Shown: one piece after another, positions 37,189 through 49,048 of the stretch
Layout of the letters: every line of letters begins with the position of its first letter
Numbering within the stretch: position 1 is the first letter of the stretch
NCBI GenBank assembly: GCA_964016885.1
Contig: OZ024745.1
Location: forward strand, 120,776,001-120,840,000
Direction of reading: 5' to 3'
DNA: 64,000 bases
Source of the DNA: Eledone cirrhosa
Lineage: Eukaryota
Program-made: the position numbers and the translations under genes
Notes under the pieces: generated by a model
The model's database searches: none
Seen by the model: only the letters and a program-made list of their open reading frames with translations
Told to the model about the DNA's origin: nothing

Positions 37189-39287
37189 CTCACAAGTGCT
37201 GAGTAGAAAGATGCATGGAAGAGTCATTATGATAGATTACTAAATGAGGAGAATGCATGGGAAGAAGAGACCCTACCCCAAGCAGACCCTATAGAGGGGC
37301 CAGCAGTACAAGTCAGCAGCAGCGTAGTAAGTAAAGCAATCAAAGATATGAAGGTGAGGAAGGCAACCGGTCCATCGGGTATAGCTGCCGAGATGCTGAA
37401 GGCATCTGGGTCTGTAGGTCACACTATAACCACACGTATTGTTAACCAGGTAATACTAGAAGGTGTCATACCAAAAGATTGGTGCAGTAGCATCATTGTC
37501 AACTGCTACAAAGGTAAAGGTGATGCACTCGATAGAGGAAACTATAGAGGTATAAAGCTGATGCACCAGGTCATGAAAGTAACAGAAAGAGTTATAGCAC
37601 AGTTGATTAGGGACCGGGTGAAACTAGATGAGATGCAATTTGGGTTTGTACCAGGAAGAGGCACCACTGATGCCCTCTTCCTTGTGAGGCAGTTACAGGA
37701 AAAGTACCTAGCTAAAAGTAAGCCACTCTACCTGGCATTTGTCGATCTCGAGAAAGCCTTTGACAGAGTTCCACGTGCTGTAATCTGGTGGGCTCTTAGA
37801 AAACTAGAAGTAGATGAATGGCTTGTGAAAGCTGTACAAGCCATGTATAGGGGAGCAGTCAGCAAAGTTAGGATTAGCAATGAGTATAGCGAGGAATTTA
37901 GCATACAGGTTGGGGTCCACCAGGGCTCTGTTCTTAACCCTCTCCTGTTCATCATAGTCCTGCAGGCAATAACGGTGGAGTTTAAGACCGGATGCCCATG
38001 GGAACTCCTGTATGCTGATGACCTCGCACTTATAGCTGAATCTATGGTATGGTAGAACTAGAGAAGAAATTCCAAACTTGGAAGCAGGGACTAGAAAGAA
38101 AGGGTCTCAAAGTTAACATGACAAAGACTAAGGTCCTTGTAAGTAGACGAGAAAACAGAACCCAGATCCCCTCAGGGAAATGGCCTTGCTCAGTATGTAG
38201 GAAAGGTGTAGGTAGGAACTCCATTCTCTGCCCCAAATGCAAACAATGGGTACACAAGAGATGTAGCGGGATCTCAGGAAGCTTAATTAAGAATGTAGGC
38301 TTCACATGCAGCAGCTATACTGGGACAGCAAGCAGCAAACAGCCACAGGAAACAAGTACCACCAATCTCTGGGAGGGTTCTGTAGAGACAGTAGACAGCT
38401 TCTGCTACCTAGGTGACCGAATTAGCAGCGGAGGTGGGTGTTCAGAAAGTACAATAACTAGGGTAAGAACGGGATGGAAGAAGTTCAGGGAACTACTATC
38501 ACTGCTAGCTGCAAAAGGCTTCTCCCTCAAAATGAAAGGCAGACTGTATGATGCGTGTATCCAAACAGCAATGTTACATGGTAGTGAGACCTGGGCGCTG
38601 AAGGTGGAAGACTTACGTAGATTAGAGAGAAACGAAGCCTGCATGCTCCGATGGATGTGTAATAGTAATATACGCGAGCAACAAAGCATAAATGAACTGA
38701 GAGAGAGACTGAGCATAAGAGGAATCAAATGCTGTGTGCAGGAGAGGCGGTTGCGTTGGTATGGACATGTGATGCGTATGAAGGATGACAGCTGCATAAA
38801 AAGGTGCAGAGCACTAGAAGTCGATGGAAACCGTGGAGTGGGGAGACCCAAGATGACCTGGGATGAGGTGATAAAAGCTGACCTTACCCAATTACACCTC
38901 TCAAAGGCGATGACACACGACCATGACCTCTGGCGTCACACAGTAATACGGAGTACCCGACCTCCCATGGGTACAAGCTGAAGCATATAGACAATATGCC
39001 CCCACACCCTCCCACTGCAAGGTGGTCGTGGAGGTGCCATGGCAAAAAAAGCACCCAGTCCACACTGTATAGTGGTTGTGTAGGCGCCACGAAAAAGCAC
39101 CCAGCACTCACTGTAAATGAGGTTGGTGTTAGGAAGGGCATCCAGCTGTAGAAATCAAGCCAAATCAGTTCCTGTATGAGCAAGGCATGGTCAGCCGACC
39201 AGACACTGCCCACAACAGGACAACCCGTCTAACCCATGCTAGCGTGGAAGAACAGACGTAAAACGGTGATGATGATGATGATGATGA
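37189..39287 (+). mobile_element. 5'-truncated RTE-clade LINE with PHD-like Cys/His insert
   Basis: ORFs 37348-38055 and 38049-38981 (NYRGIKL, QFGFVPGRGTTDA, FVDLEKAFDRV, GVHQGS, YADD); frameshift from ATGGT duplication near 38044-38053; (GAT)n tail; TSD TTTACC. Confidence 0.92.
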
Positions 39288-39359
39288 TTTACCATTTACA
39301 TTACTCTATATTTACTATTGTATTTTCGTGGTAAAGGCTTTACCTCACATAATTATCTC

Positions 39360-39720
39360 CAGCGCATCTCCCTTACCATCCTCCGGGGAAATGCCTTCTC
39401 CATTCTGTCCGCCGGGGCTATGGGGAGGCCAGCATGTGAGACCCTATTCGCTCACCATACAGAGAGATGAGGAGGGCGAGAGAGATGGAGGCGATGACAG
39501 TGGGAGTTCAGCTCTTCCACATTCGGACCATATCCTTGTGGTTGTGTTTAAGCAGTTAATGAGTCTGTTTTTGGTGTCTACTACACAGGAATAGAGAACA
39601 GATGAACCGGCGTGTTGTGTTAATAGGTAATCCTCAACTTTTGGCCTGTAAAATATTTTAGTCAGCTACAATGACAGATCGTTCTTAACACACAAACACA
39701 CACACACACACATACATACA

Positions 39721-39771
<51 letters not shown>

Positions 39772-39927
39772 TTATTTTACGTCTTTCATATAATTGTTCT
39801 GCATCCCCCTGCATTGAACCACCTAGGTACTTTGACATAACTTATATATTTACTAGTATTAGTGTACATCTGTACGCATATGTTGGTAGATGTATTAATT
39901 CTATATATATATATATATATATATACA

Positions 39928-39972
<45 letters not shown>
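39360..39972 (+). mobile_element. CRE-like LINE 3' fragment
   Basis: QRISLTILRGNAFSILSAG; flanked by 11-bp duplication ATAATTATCTC at 39349-39359 and 39973-39983. Confidence 0.7.
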
Positions 39973-39979
<7 letters not shown>

Positions 39980-40517
39980 TCTCACATAATATCAAATCTG
40001 AGATTTTGATATTATTTATTTTGAGAACAATATCTTAACATAAGTATGAGTGGCAGTTGATGGCCAGTTTAAACAGAAAAAGGTGTGAGAATTCTGGCCG
40101 GATATGACCAGTTTAATGCTAATGCTCTCTGAATTCAAATCCCAACAAGTCAACTTTGCCTTTCATCCATTTAAGGTTGATAAAAAAAAGTATCAGCCTA
40201 GTACTAGTCGATTCTTCCTCTATATCTTTTCCTTACTTCCATTCTCTCTCACTCTCTATCCTTCTCTGGAAGAAATCTTCTGTATTCAGACCTAGAGAGG
40301 GATGGGTGCTGCCAAGTTTTAAAATGCCCTAGAAATACCACATGTCAATGCAGTGCCCTTACAACTTGCTCAAAATTTATATCCAAAACATAATTGTTTT
40401 GTCTGACAAATGAGCTAGATGTTTCTTGTAAGAATCATCTAGTTTCTTGAAACTTTCAGTAACGAAATAATTATATTGTGTTGTGTATTGTTTATTATGT
40501 AATTATATATACATGTA

Positions 40518-40827
40518 TGGAGGCACATGGCTTTTAGAGCATTGGCCTTGCAATCGAAAGGTTGTGAGTTCAATTCTCAGACCGGGTGATGTGTTGTTTC
40601 CTTGAGCAAGACACTTTATTTCACATTGCTCCAGTTTACTCAGCTGTAGAAATGAGATGATAGTGGTCGTGGAGGTGCCACGGAAAAAAAGCACCCAGCA
40701 CTCACTGTAAATGAGGTTGGTGTTAGGAAGGGCATCCAGCTGTAGAAATCAAGCCAGAATCAGTTGCCGTCCCACCCTTGCAGGCAGGGAAAAGTGGACG
40801 TAAAATGATGATGATGATGATGATGAT
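40518..40827 (+). mobile_element. SINE family B, full-length copy
   Basis: B box GAGTTCAATTC; CORE-like TCCTTGAGCAAGACACTT; 3' half matches the RTE 3' UTR at 39020-39285; older copies near 10445 and 25910. Confidence 0.8.
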
Positions 40828-41639
40828 ACATATATATATATATATATATAAACGGAAAAAAAGGAAATGAAATTTCATTTCCCACTCTTCGTACGGCTGT
40901 TACTTAAATATAAGTATGTATACGTACATACATATATGTATACAGACGTACAGTAGTATGTATATATATATACATACATGCACACATGCAGACCCAGAAA
41001 AACCTGGGACGAGCTGATAAATTCCGACCTCACACACTTACACCTCTCCAAGACAATGTCACTGGACCAAGACCTTTGGCGGTACTCAGTAATAGAGAAC
41101 ATGCACGCGCACATACGAATGCATACGTATACATATACAAACACGTATACACATATATGCACACATATACGCATACATACATATATAAAAACCAGTCGTA
41201 TGAATAAATGGGTACAAATTATACGCAAGTAAACATACATAAAAGCGGCTGAGGGACAACAGAATATATCTGGAGTTGAAAACACAAGTGACATGTGATA
41301 TCAGATAGTGAAAGAAAAGGGGGGAAGTAAAATATGTAAAATTGTGAAGATATAAAGTAAGTGAATCAAAATGCAGGGGGGGGGGGGGGGGGGGGGCACT
41401 AGTGGATGTGAATTAAAAATAAAATAAAAAATAAAAATAAAAGTAAATCAGGAAGAGAAGTCTGTAAAGAAGGTAAGTTAAGGAAAGTGAAGAACAAGAG
41501 TTTATGGAGGATTATATTATATATATATATATAAGTACATACATATATGTATACACACGTACAGTAGTATGTATATATATATACATACATGCACACATAT
41601 ATATATGTACATATGGATTCACCAAACATTTATTATAAT

Positions 41640-42135
41640 GCTCGGTGTGTTTGTAAACATCAACTATCTGGCAGGAAGTTATACGTTGCTGACGATAGCG
41701 AAGCCGCTAAAATCAACGCAGAATGATACATTGTAGGTCACTTTAACCCGTCTTTTATTAATCAAAATACTTCTTGCCAATAAACATTAACCCATTGTCC
41801 GCCATTCATCTAACTGTAGACCAACAAATACCAACTAAACGGAGTATTGACAAGAACGATGGCGAATGAATCTTCGAGCTAAGCAGTTTCCTCCCGAGCT
41901 GTTAGTTCACGCGGGATTCTCTGCTACAGAGATTTAGATAATAATACCGAACAACGTACTGCTGGTCACACCTTCCTCCAAAAGCCGTACAAAGCGGACA
42001 TGTGCATCGGGCAGATGGATCGGGTGCAAATCTACACCAGGCCTACGTGAGAAATTCGCAAGGGATTGCACCGAGAGAGATAGAGAGAAAGAGTAACTTA
42101 GTGGAAAGAGTGCGAATGAACTTTTGAGGTAAGTA
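41640..42135 (+). promoter_or_regulatory. Possible CpG-rich promoter or non-coding first exon
   Basis: Apparently non-repetitive, CpG-retaining; YY1-like GATGGCG and CCGCCAT, ETS-like CAGGAAGT; ends at strong donor GAG|GTAAGT (42128/42129). Confidence 0.35.
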
Positions 42136-43419
42136 GCCTACGCCTTACTGCTATGACACTGGAACCTTCTGCCAACTTAACCTGTGACTTTCTCTTTCAC
42201 ATTTACTCCAATAGGCCAACTATCACAGAAGGAGTTTGAAAAGAAGGGGCTCAACAATATTCCTATGAACAATGCACGTATACAGCTAAACTGTACTTTC
42301 AACTTCTTAATTTTCTCCAAATAAAACAAGTTTCCTGTCGGTATATTTTCGTGAGTTTTTAATAGGCACTCACAAATAAACGTTTCTCATTGGAGGTGCT
42401 ATTACCAATGTTCTTACACTGCTAGTATATATATAAAGCAGTTGAAAATGCAATTGGAGTCTTTAAGAAGGTTTATTTAAGATAATTTATGACTTTATCG
42501 GTTTCACAAGTTTCATGATTTTCAAAAGTTAAGAGAGATGGAGAGATGTGAGGCTATGCCAACTTGTAACTTCTTTGAACCTTTCCATTCCGTTTCTAAT
42601 GAAATAAACTGCCTATGATTTTCAAATAAGTTTGAAAATAATCAAGAATTTAGAGGGATTTAATAATATAATTAACTTTCTCATTAATAACCTGGTATAG
42701 AGTGGTGGATTGACAGAATCTGTAGATCATCAGACAACATGGTTTGTGGTATAGAGTTACGTCCCTCTACATTCTGAGTTCAAATCCCGCTGAGTTTAGC
42801 TTTGCCTTTCATCCTTTCGGGATCGATAAAATAAAGTATCAGTAACTCACCGGGGTTGATTTAATTGACTTTCCCTTCTCCAAAACCAGTATTCATCTGG
42901 TGTTTGGAACATAACAAGGATCTTACATAAAATGAGAGGATGAGAGATTTTTAGATAATATGATTTAGCATAAACTGCTTTGTATTGTAGAAACTAGGTC
43001 AGTTTCAGGTTCTTCGGTATAAAAAGTTTTAAAGTTAGTAGGGAGATTCAACTACTACATGCACAAACACAAATGCACACATATTATTTATAAGTCTGAA
43101 AAATAGGTCAATGCCAATAGATCTTTTAACCCTTTAGCATTTAAACCAACCATATCCGTCCAGAATTCTCTCACCTCTTTCTCTTCAAACTGGCTGTAAC
43201 CGGTGTCCATACAAACATTAATGTATTGTTCTCAAAATAAATAACATCCAAATCTCGTAGATTGGATATTATGTGAGATTTAGGTGGGATAAAGCATTTT
43301 CTGTGAAAATACAGTAGTAAATATAGAGTAATGTGAGTGTTAAAGGGTTAAGTCCTCTTTGACAGGGAGATAGGGATAGTTTGGTGCAGTTAATATATTT
43401 AAGGTTTTGTTTAACTCAC

Positions 43420-43456
<37 letters not shown>

Positions 43457-44729
43457 GCATGCACGCAAGCAGGCAGGCAGGCAAGCAGACAGATAGACAG
43501 AGTTTTAAGTGTCTATTATTCTGTACAGGTTATGAAAGTTTCAAACCTGTCTGGAAAGAATAGGTTTCACTAAAAATGTGCTTAAAACTTATGTAAAATA
43601 GGCCAGCCTTCAGTGCATCTCCTTGATTGTATGTAAAATGCAGTGCTTTATTTATAGTAGTATACAGCAGACGATATATAGATATAAGAGTTCATTGGAG
43701 ATAAGTTCAACTGCTGTAAGTAATAAAGAATAAAATCATTTTTCTTTGCCTAAGAGTTTTCCTTGTTTTTTTACTGATTAGTCAGGGAAAGAAGGGCAGC
43801 AGCCATGGCCCTTTTCAGGGCCTCAAAGACTAGAAGGGAAGGAGAGAGGAAAGTATTCCTAAACATGGCCCAAACACTTGCCACAGAATTGACTACATTA
43901 AAAACACCTAAGGTAGTGTTAAACCAAGTGGCACATTATAAAATTTAAACTGGATTAAATATTGCAGATATGTTATCTGATGGACTAACAATTTTGTCAA
44001 TCTACCTTGAACTGGTTGGCACTTTGTTTAACAGCCTTGAAAGGAAGAAAGGAAAAGTTGAATCCACTAAGATTTGAACTTAGAGTGCAAAGAGCTGGAA
44101 CAAATACTGTGAAGGAAACATTTAATTCAATGTTTTAATTCACCACCTGAGGAAGACAGAGAATTGCAGGGTTGAGCTTTGTTCTGTGTCTATAATCCTC
44201 CTCCTCCTCCTCATCCTCATCATCACCTCCACCACCCACCACCATCACCACCATCATCATCAGCAGCATTATTATAGGTTTGTTTTTCACACTGGCATTG
44301 GTTGGACAAGTTGTTACGATCCAAAACCAGAAACCTTCTTAAAACAGTTGCTGGGACAGAAAATGGAGAATAAGAGGAAGGTAGTAGGGGTGGGTGGGTG
44401 GGTGATAGATTAGAAAAAGAGATTAATTGGAACAGAATTAACATCAACTCTATGTGGAATATATATGTAGACCTACAATACAACAGGAGGAACATAATAG
44501 TACCACTTTATTTTTTACCGTTGGTCAGTCAATGATAAACATTGAGGACCAAATGAATTAATTGTGGAGATATAAAAGATACAGAAGCGAAAACCAATCA
44601 AACAGTGAGTGTGTTCTGTTATTATTTCTGGCAATATTATTACAACAATATGACCCTCCCCATGTATAATAATATTTCTTTCGACACACGATTTCATATC
44701 AAAAACCTCGCAAAACAAATATATATATA

Positions 44730-45616
44730 CAGGGTGTGGACGATATCTGTTCGCAAGATTACTGTCTAGGAAAAATAACACAGTAGTTTTATTTTGTAAG
44801 ATTTATTTATCAAACTTGGGTCAGTTTGTCTTCGTGACTTGTTCTTTTGATCTCACTCGATCAACCCACCATTGGCTTTGATGATGGCCTCAAGGCGGCC
44901 TCGGAACCGGCTACAGGCCTTCGTCACTGTCCCCCGACTTAGGCCCCTGAAGGCACTTGTGATCCTGGCCTTCAGATCGTCTTTCGTATTGCAGCTAGAT
45001 ATGTTGGTGTCTCGTTCCACTGCGCCCCACACAAAGAAGTCGAGTGGGTTGCAGTCAAGCGAGCTGGGAGGCCAGATGTCAGGTGAAGTGTGGTCGATGA
45101 AGTTCTCTGACAGCCAGGCTTGGGTCTTTCAGCTTGTATGGCAGGGCGCTGAGTCTTGCTGCCACACGTACGGCCTACCTGCAGCTACCTGGTCGATCCA
45201 GGGCTTTACTAGCTCGCTCAGAACGCGGATGTAGCCATCGGTGTTCAGCTTGAGGCCCTCAGGGAATAAGTGAGGTGGAATGACGTCACCTTGACTGCTG
45301 ACGACACCTAAGACCAATGTTGTCGCTGGAAACTTTGCATGACTCTGGGCACGTCTTTGGATAAGACAGCGAGCCACCTGTTGTTCTGGGAGTTGATCTT
45401 CTGGTCCTTATTTGTCCTTTCGGCGCGGATTCCAAGAAGAACTCCGTGTCTCTTCCACAAATTTGGGGGTTCAAAATTATTCATAATCAATTATTCTGAA
45501 AATTAATAATGAGCATATAGTCACTGTTTTTATGAAGACAAGAGTGACAACAGAAGTAAAAAAATTTGCATAAAATTAGCAGTTGATAATTGCGAACAAA
45601 TATCGTCCGCACCCTG
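44730..45616 (-). mobile_element. Internally deleted Tc1/mariner-superfamily transposon (DD37D/maT-like)
   Basis: 27-bp TIRs CAGGGTGYGGACGATATYTGTTCGCAA with TA flanks; YVWQQDSAPCHTS...WPPSSLDCNPLDFFVWG. Confidence 0.88.
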
Positions 45617-46276
45617 TATATATATGTATATATATATATTAGAAAAGGGAAGTAAGGTTCTATACAAAACAATGGTTAGAGAGAAAAGGTGAAGTTGGAA
45701 ATAGCACGGAAAATATATTTTAGGGTCTGCTTTACTTTTTTTTTCCTTTCTTTGATTTGTCAAAGTGACATTATTGAAAAAATGAGAGGGAGAATTCTTT
45801 TTAAAATAGTTTCATAATGTATATAATGTATTACCGGTTTCGATGTATTAGTAAAATTCATCAAATGTTGAGTATTACAATTAAAAAGAATTAATAAGAA
45901 TTAAAAACTAAAAATTAAAGATTTAGAATTAAGAGGTAAGATTTTTCTAGAATTTTATTCCAAGTCTGCCTGATCCTCAGACCAGTGTTAACACAACAAA
46001 AATCACATCAAACCTGTGGACGAACTAGTCAGACACAAACAAGTCTGGTCTGGAGTGCTAACCCAGATCACAAGCCGACTGCTTGAGAAACATTTGTAAC
46101 CAAGATTAAGCAATAAATCTTCACTTTGTTCACCTTCACTTTGTTCCACAACAGTTAATTAACCATTATCGAAGACACGTGTTTCACCTCACAAATCTCA
46201 CTGAGTGCTCTATTACTGCAGATATAACCTCTCAGTGTTGTACCAATATATATGTATATATATATATATATATATA

Positions 46277-47284
46277 CTAGAGGTAACCCAGCCTTCGTCC
46301 TGGTCAGTACTGTGCTTAAATCTATTCATAAGGCATCTATTGTAATGCGCATTTTCCTTGAAATAAAAGATGATAAAAGCTATTTAAATATTGCATAACA
46401 AAATTTGAAAAAAATATTTAGAAGATTTTAATACAGAAAATAATAGAGAAATGTATTCTACGAAAATTATAAAACATTTACAGAACTTCAGTATATACAA
46501 TGTTTTTAACTTTTTTCTTTGGAGCATATATGAAGAGTTTATGGGAGGCTTCCTACACTGGAACAACCTACATACAATTGACCATGCGAGAAACAGCCCT
46601 CATATAGATGGGCATCAAGTCTTACCAGTGGGTAATGCGCCTCAACTGGGAATCCAAAAATATAGCAGAATGCTTTGTTACTGCTGATATATCAACTGTG
46701 TTGGAAGTTGGACACCTCGTCAGACATTTTGTTGTTGTAGCACAAATATGCCAGCATCGGAACCCTTGTTGATGTATTTGCACACGTACTTTATAAGGTG
46801 CCCCCTCGATCACCCCAATTCTATTTTCAGATTTTAAAAAAAGGTAATTGCAAGCATGCAGAGGCCAGGTTAGTTGAAAAGATACAGAAAAGCCTAGAAA
46901 ATTAGTTTTCTTCACAATCCCCAGTGGGAGCTTGTATATAAATTTGAACAGCTAAGAGGTGCTTATCTGCAACTCTGAGGGTGCCACTCACTCTCTACCT
47001 CTGTTTTCAGAACAAGGAGTCGTTGGCGAGTGAGTCAGATGTCAGATCAGTCAAAAACAAATGAAAAACCTAGAAAAGAAAAAAATTCTCACTGAAAAAA
47101 TTTTCAAGGCTGGGAAAATCCAAGTGTCCACCCAATTCATTCGGTTTTGGGAGAAAAAGTCGATTGCAAGCATGTTGGACGTCATATTAGTTGAAAACAT
47201 GAAAAACCTTAATTATTACCAATTTTATTTACTATTATTAGAGGTCAACAAACAAACAAATTTCTTTTTTATAAGTGTTATAGA
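46277..47284 (-). mobile_element. Non-autonomous Helitron retaining the PIF1 helicase C-terminus
   Basis: Minus strand A|TC start, subterminal hairpin, CTAG|T end; CFSHGQLYVGCSSVG...KNIVYTEVL at about 46480-46610. Confidence 0.85.
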
Positions 47285-47391
47285 TAGATATTTATATAAA
47301 TGTGTGTGTGGAATATATGTGGAATATATAACTTATGTGAATATATGTCTGATTCTATATGCATATCTGGTTTATGTTCAAGTGTGTAAAC

Positions 47392-47653
47392 CAGTGTTTC
47401 GCAACCGGTTCTGCGAGAAACAGTGATAAATATGCTAATGCATCATGAGTAATTTTGTTTAATTTCATATTTGTAATTTTACTATACCCATAAGGCATAT
47501 TTTTGGAAAATCCTTGGTTATTATAATAAAGGTTTCAACCTCTAAAAGAGATAGATATTAATAATGGTATATAATAATTTTTATGCAGGAGTTCCCTGAG
47601 ACATGAAAACTATTTCAAGGGTTCCACAAGGGTCAAAAGGTTGAGAAACGCTG
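47392..47653. mobile_element. hAT-type MITE
   Basis: TIR CAGTGTTTCGCAACC / GGTTGAGAAACGCTG; imperfect 8-bp TSD GTGTAAAC / ATATAAAC. Confidence 0.7.
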
Positions 47654-48284
47654 ATATAAACAGACAGTCACAATTACACACTTGTAGAAGCACAAAGTGT
47701 ATTTTTGGTGAAAATGGTAAGAAAATTCCACTTTGGAACGGGCTAAAACGGCCGTTCTATGAGGGTTACTAAAAATATTTTTTTTTGGCAGATAGAACAC
47801 AACCTTATGTAATCGGTTGTGTCGAAATTTTGTCACGATTGTTAATAAAGCAGAAACAAAATTTAAAAGACTTACTAGTGGCAAAGGTGGCATGGTATTA
47901 TCCAACAGCAATGAGCAGAATAATAGAAAAAAACGACGAAGTTTCATTTATATATAAAATATATTTATTGTGTATCAACTTGTTATGCGTGTTTTTTTTC
48001 TATTATATACACTCAGCATGTGCATAAAGTGATTGATTTGGTACCAACACCAAGAATTCACTGAAATACCCACATGCAGAGTGTATGTAATAGAAAAAAA
48101 TGAGGAAGTTTTGTTTACGAAACGCGCGTAACAGTTCCATACAGAATAAATATGGCAAGAACGATGGCGACAAAAACAACAACATTGCTACCAAAGGAAA
48201 AAGTAAATACTGTGTCACAGCAAAGACAGCCCAAACAAGGTGGACTTAGTTACCTTCAGAGAAGCGAAGTTTCTTATTCAAAGA

Positions 48285-48437
48285 AATGGTTTCCTGGGAT
48301 TTGCGATAAGTAATCATTAGACCCCTTAGGTATCTTTCCTAGAGCGCCTACAACCACTGGTATTGTTTTAGTTCTCAATTTCCACATTTTTCCAATTTCT
48401 ATCTCCAAGTCCTTATACTTGCTCAATTTTTCAAATG

Positions 48438-48440
<3 letters not shown>
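48285..48440 (-). mobile_element. R4/Dong-like endonuclease fragment
   Basis: EKLSKYKDLEIEIGKMWKLRTKTIPVVVGALG. Confidence 0.8.
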
Positions 48441-48499
<59 letters not shown>

Positions 48500-48794
48500 G
48501 CAAGTATGGCCTGAGTGAATGGGCCTACTCTGAGTATCTGTCTGTAAATTAAAGGTGGAAAACTGGGAGAGGGCACTTGCCCTGGTGGTCAGGGTCACTG
48601 TGGTCTTTTAATGGACTTTCTCCACAAATGTCCCTCGGAAGTCTCCCCCCTATTGGGGAATTTTTCATTGTTATTTTTTTTATTACATCCTCTGTTTTTT
48701 TTACACGCAGAAATGCCCATTTGTACCGTCCTGTATTGTCCTGTACTGTCCTTAATGTCTACTTTATGTAAACCCTTGTGGTTAATAAAGAAAA

Positions 48795-48831
<37 letters not shown>
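48500..48831 (+). mobile_element. Heavily 5'-truncated Tx1-like copy (3' UTR plus TTA tail)
   Basis: Highly similar to 54570-54920; flanked by (TTA)n on both sides. Confidence 0.9.
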
Positions 48832-49048
48832 GAATGCTATGGTTGACGGAGGCTCAGCTCTGTAAGGTACTGTAAATTTTGAACGCTTTAACAATTGTAA
48901 ATTGTTTAAAACTTAGACCAACTTGTAGACAAAAACACCCTCCTCCTCGTGAGAGGGGTCTTTCTGCCCGTTATTTGGCCCTTCGGGGTTAAATAACTGC
49001 TTATTGGGGTTTTGTACCCAATATTTATTTTAAACAAAAAAAAACAAC

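Noticed and set aside
45825-45870. Hammerhead-like remnant on the minus strand (UUGAUGA...GAAACCGGUA); half motifs near 46170 and 20990
   Set aside because: Core mutated or missing and stems poor; decayed pLTRs at best
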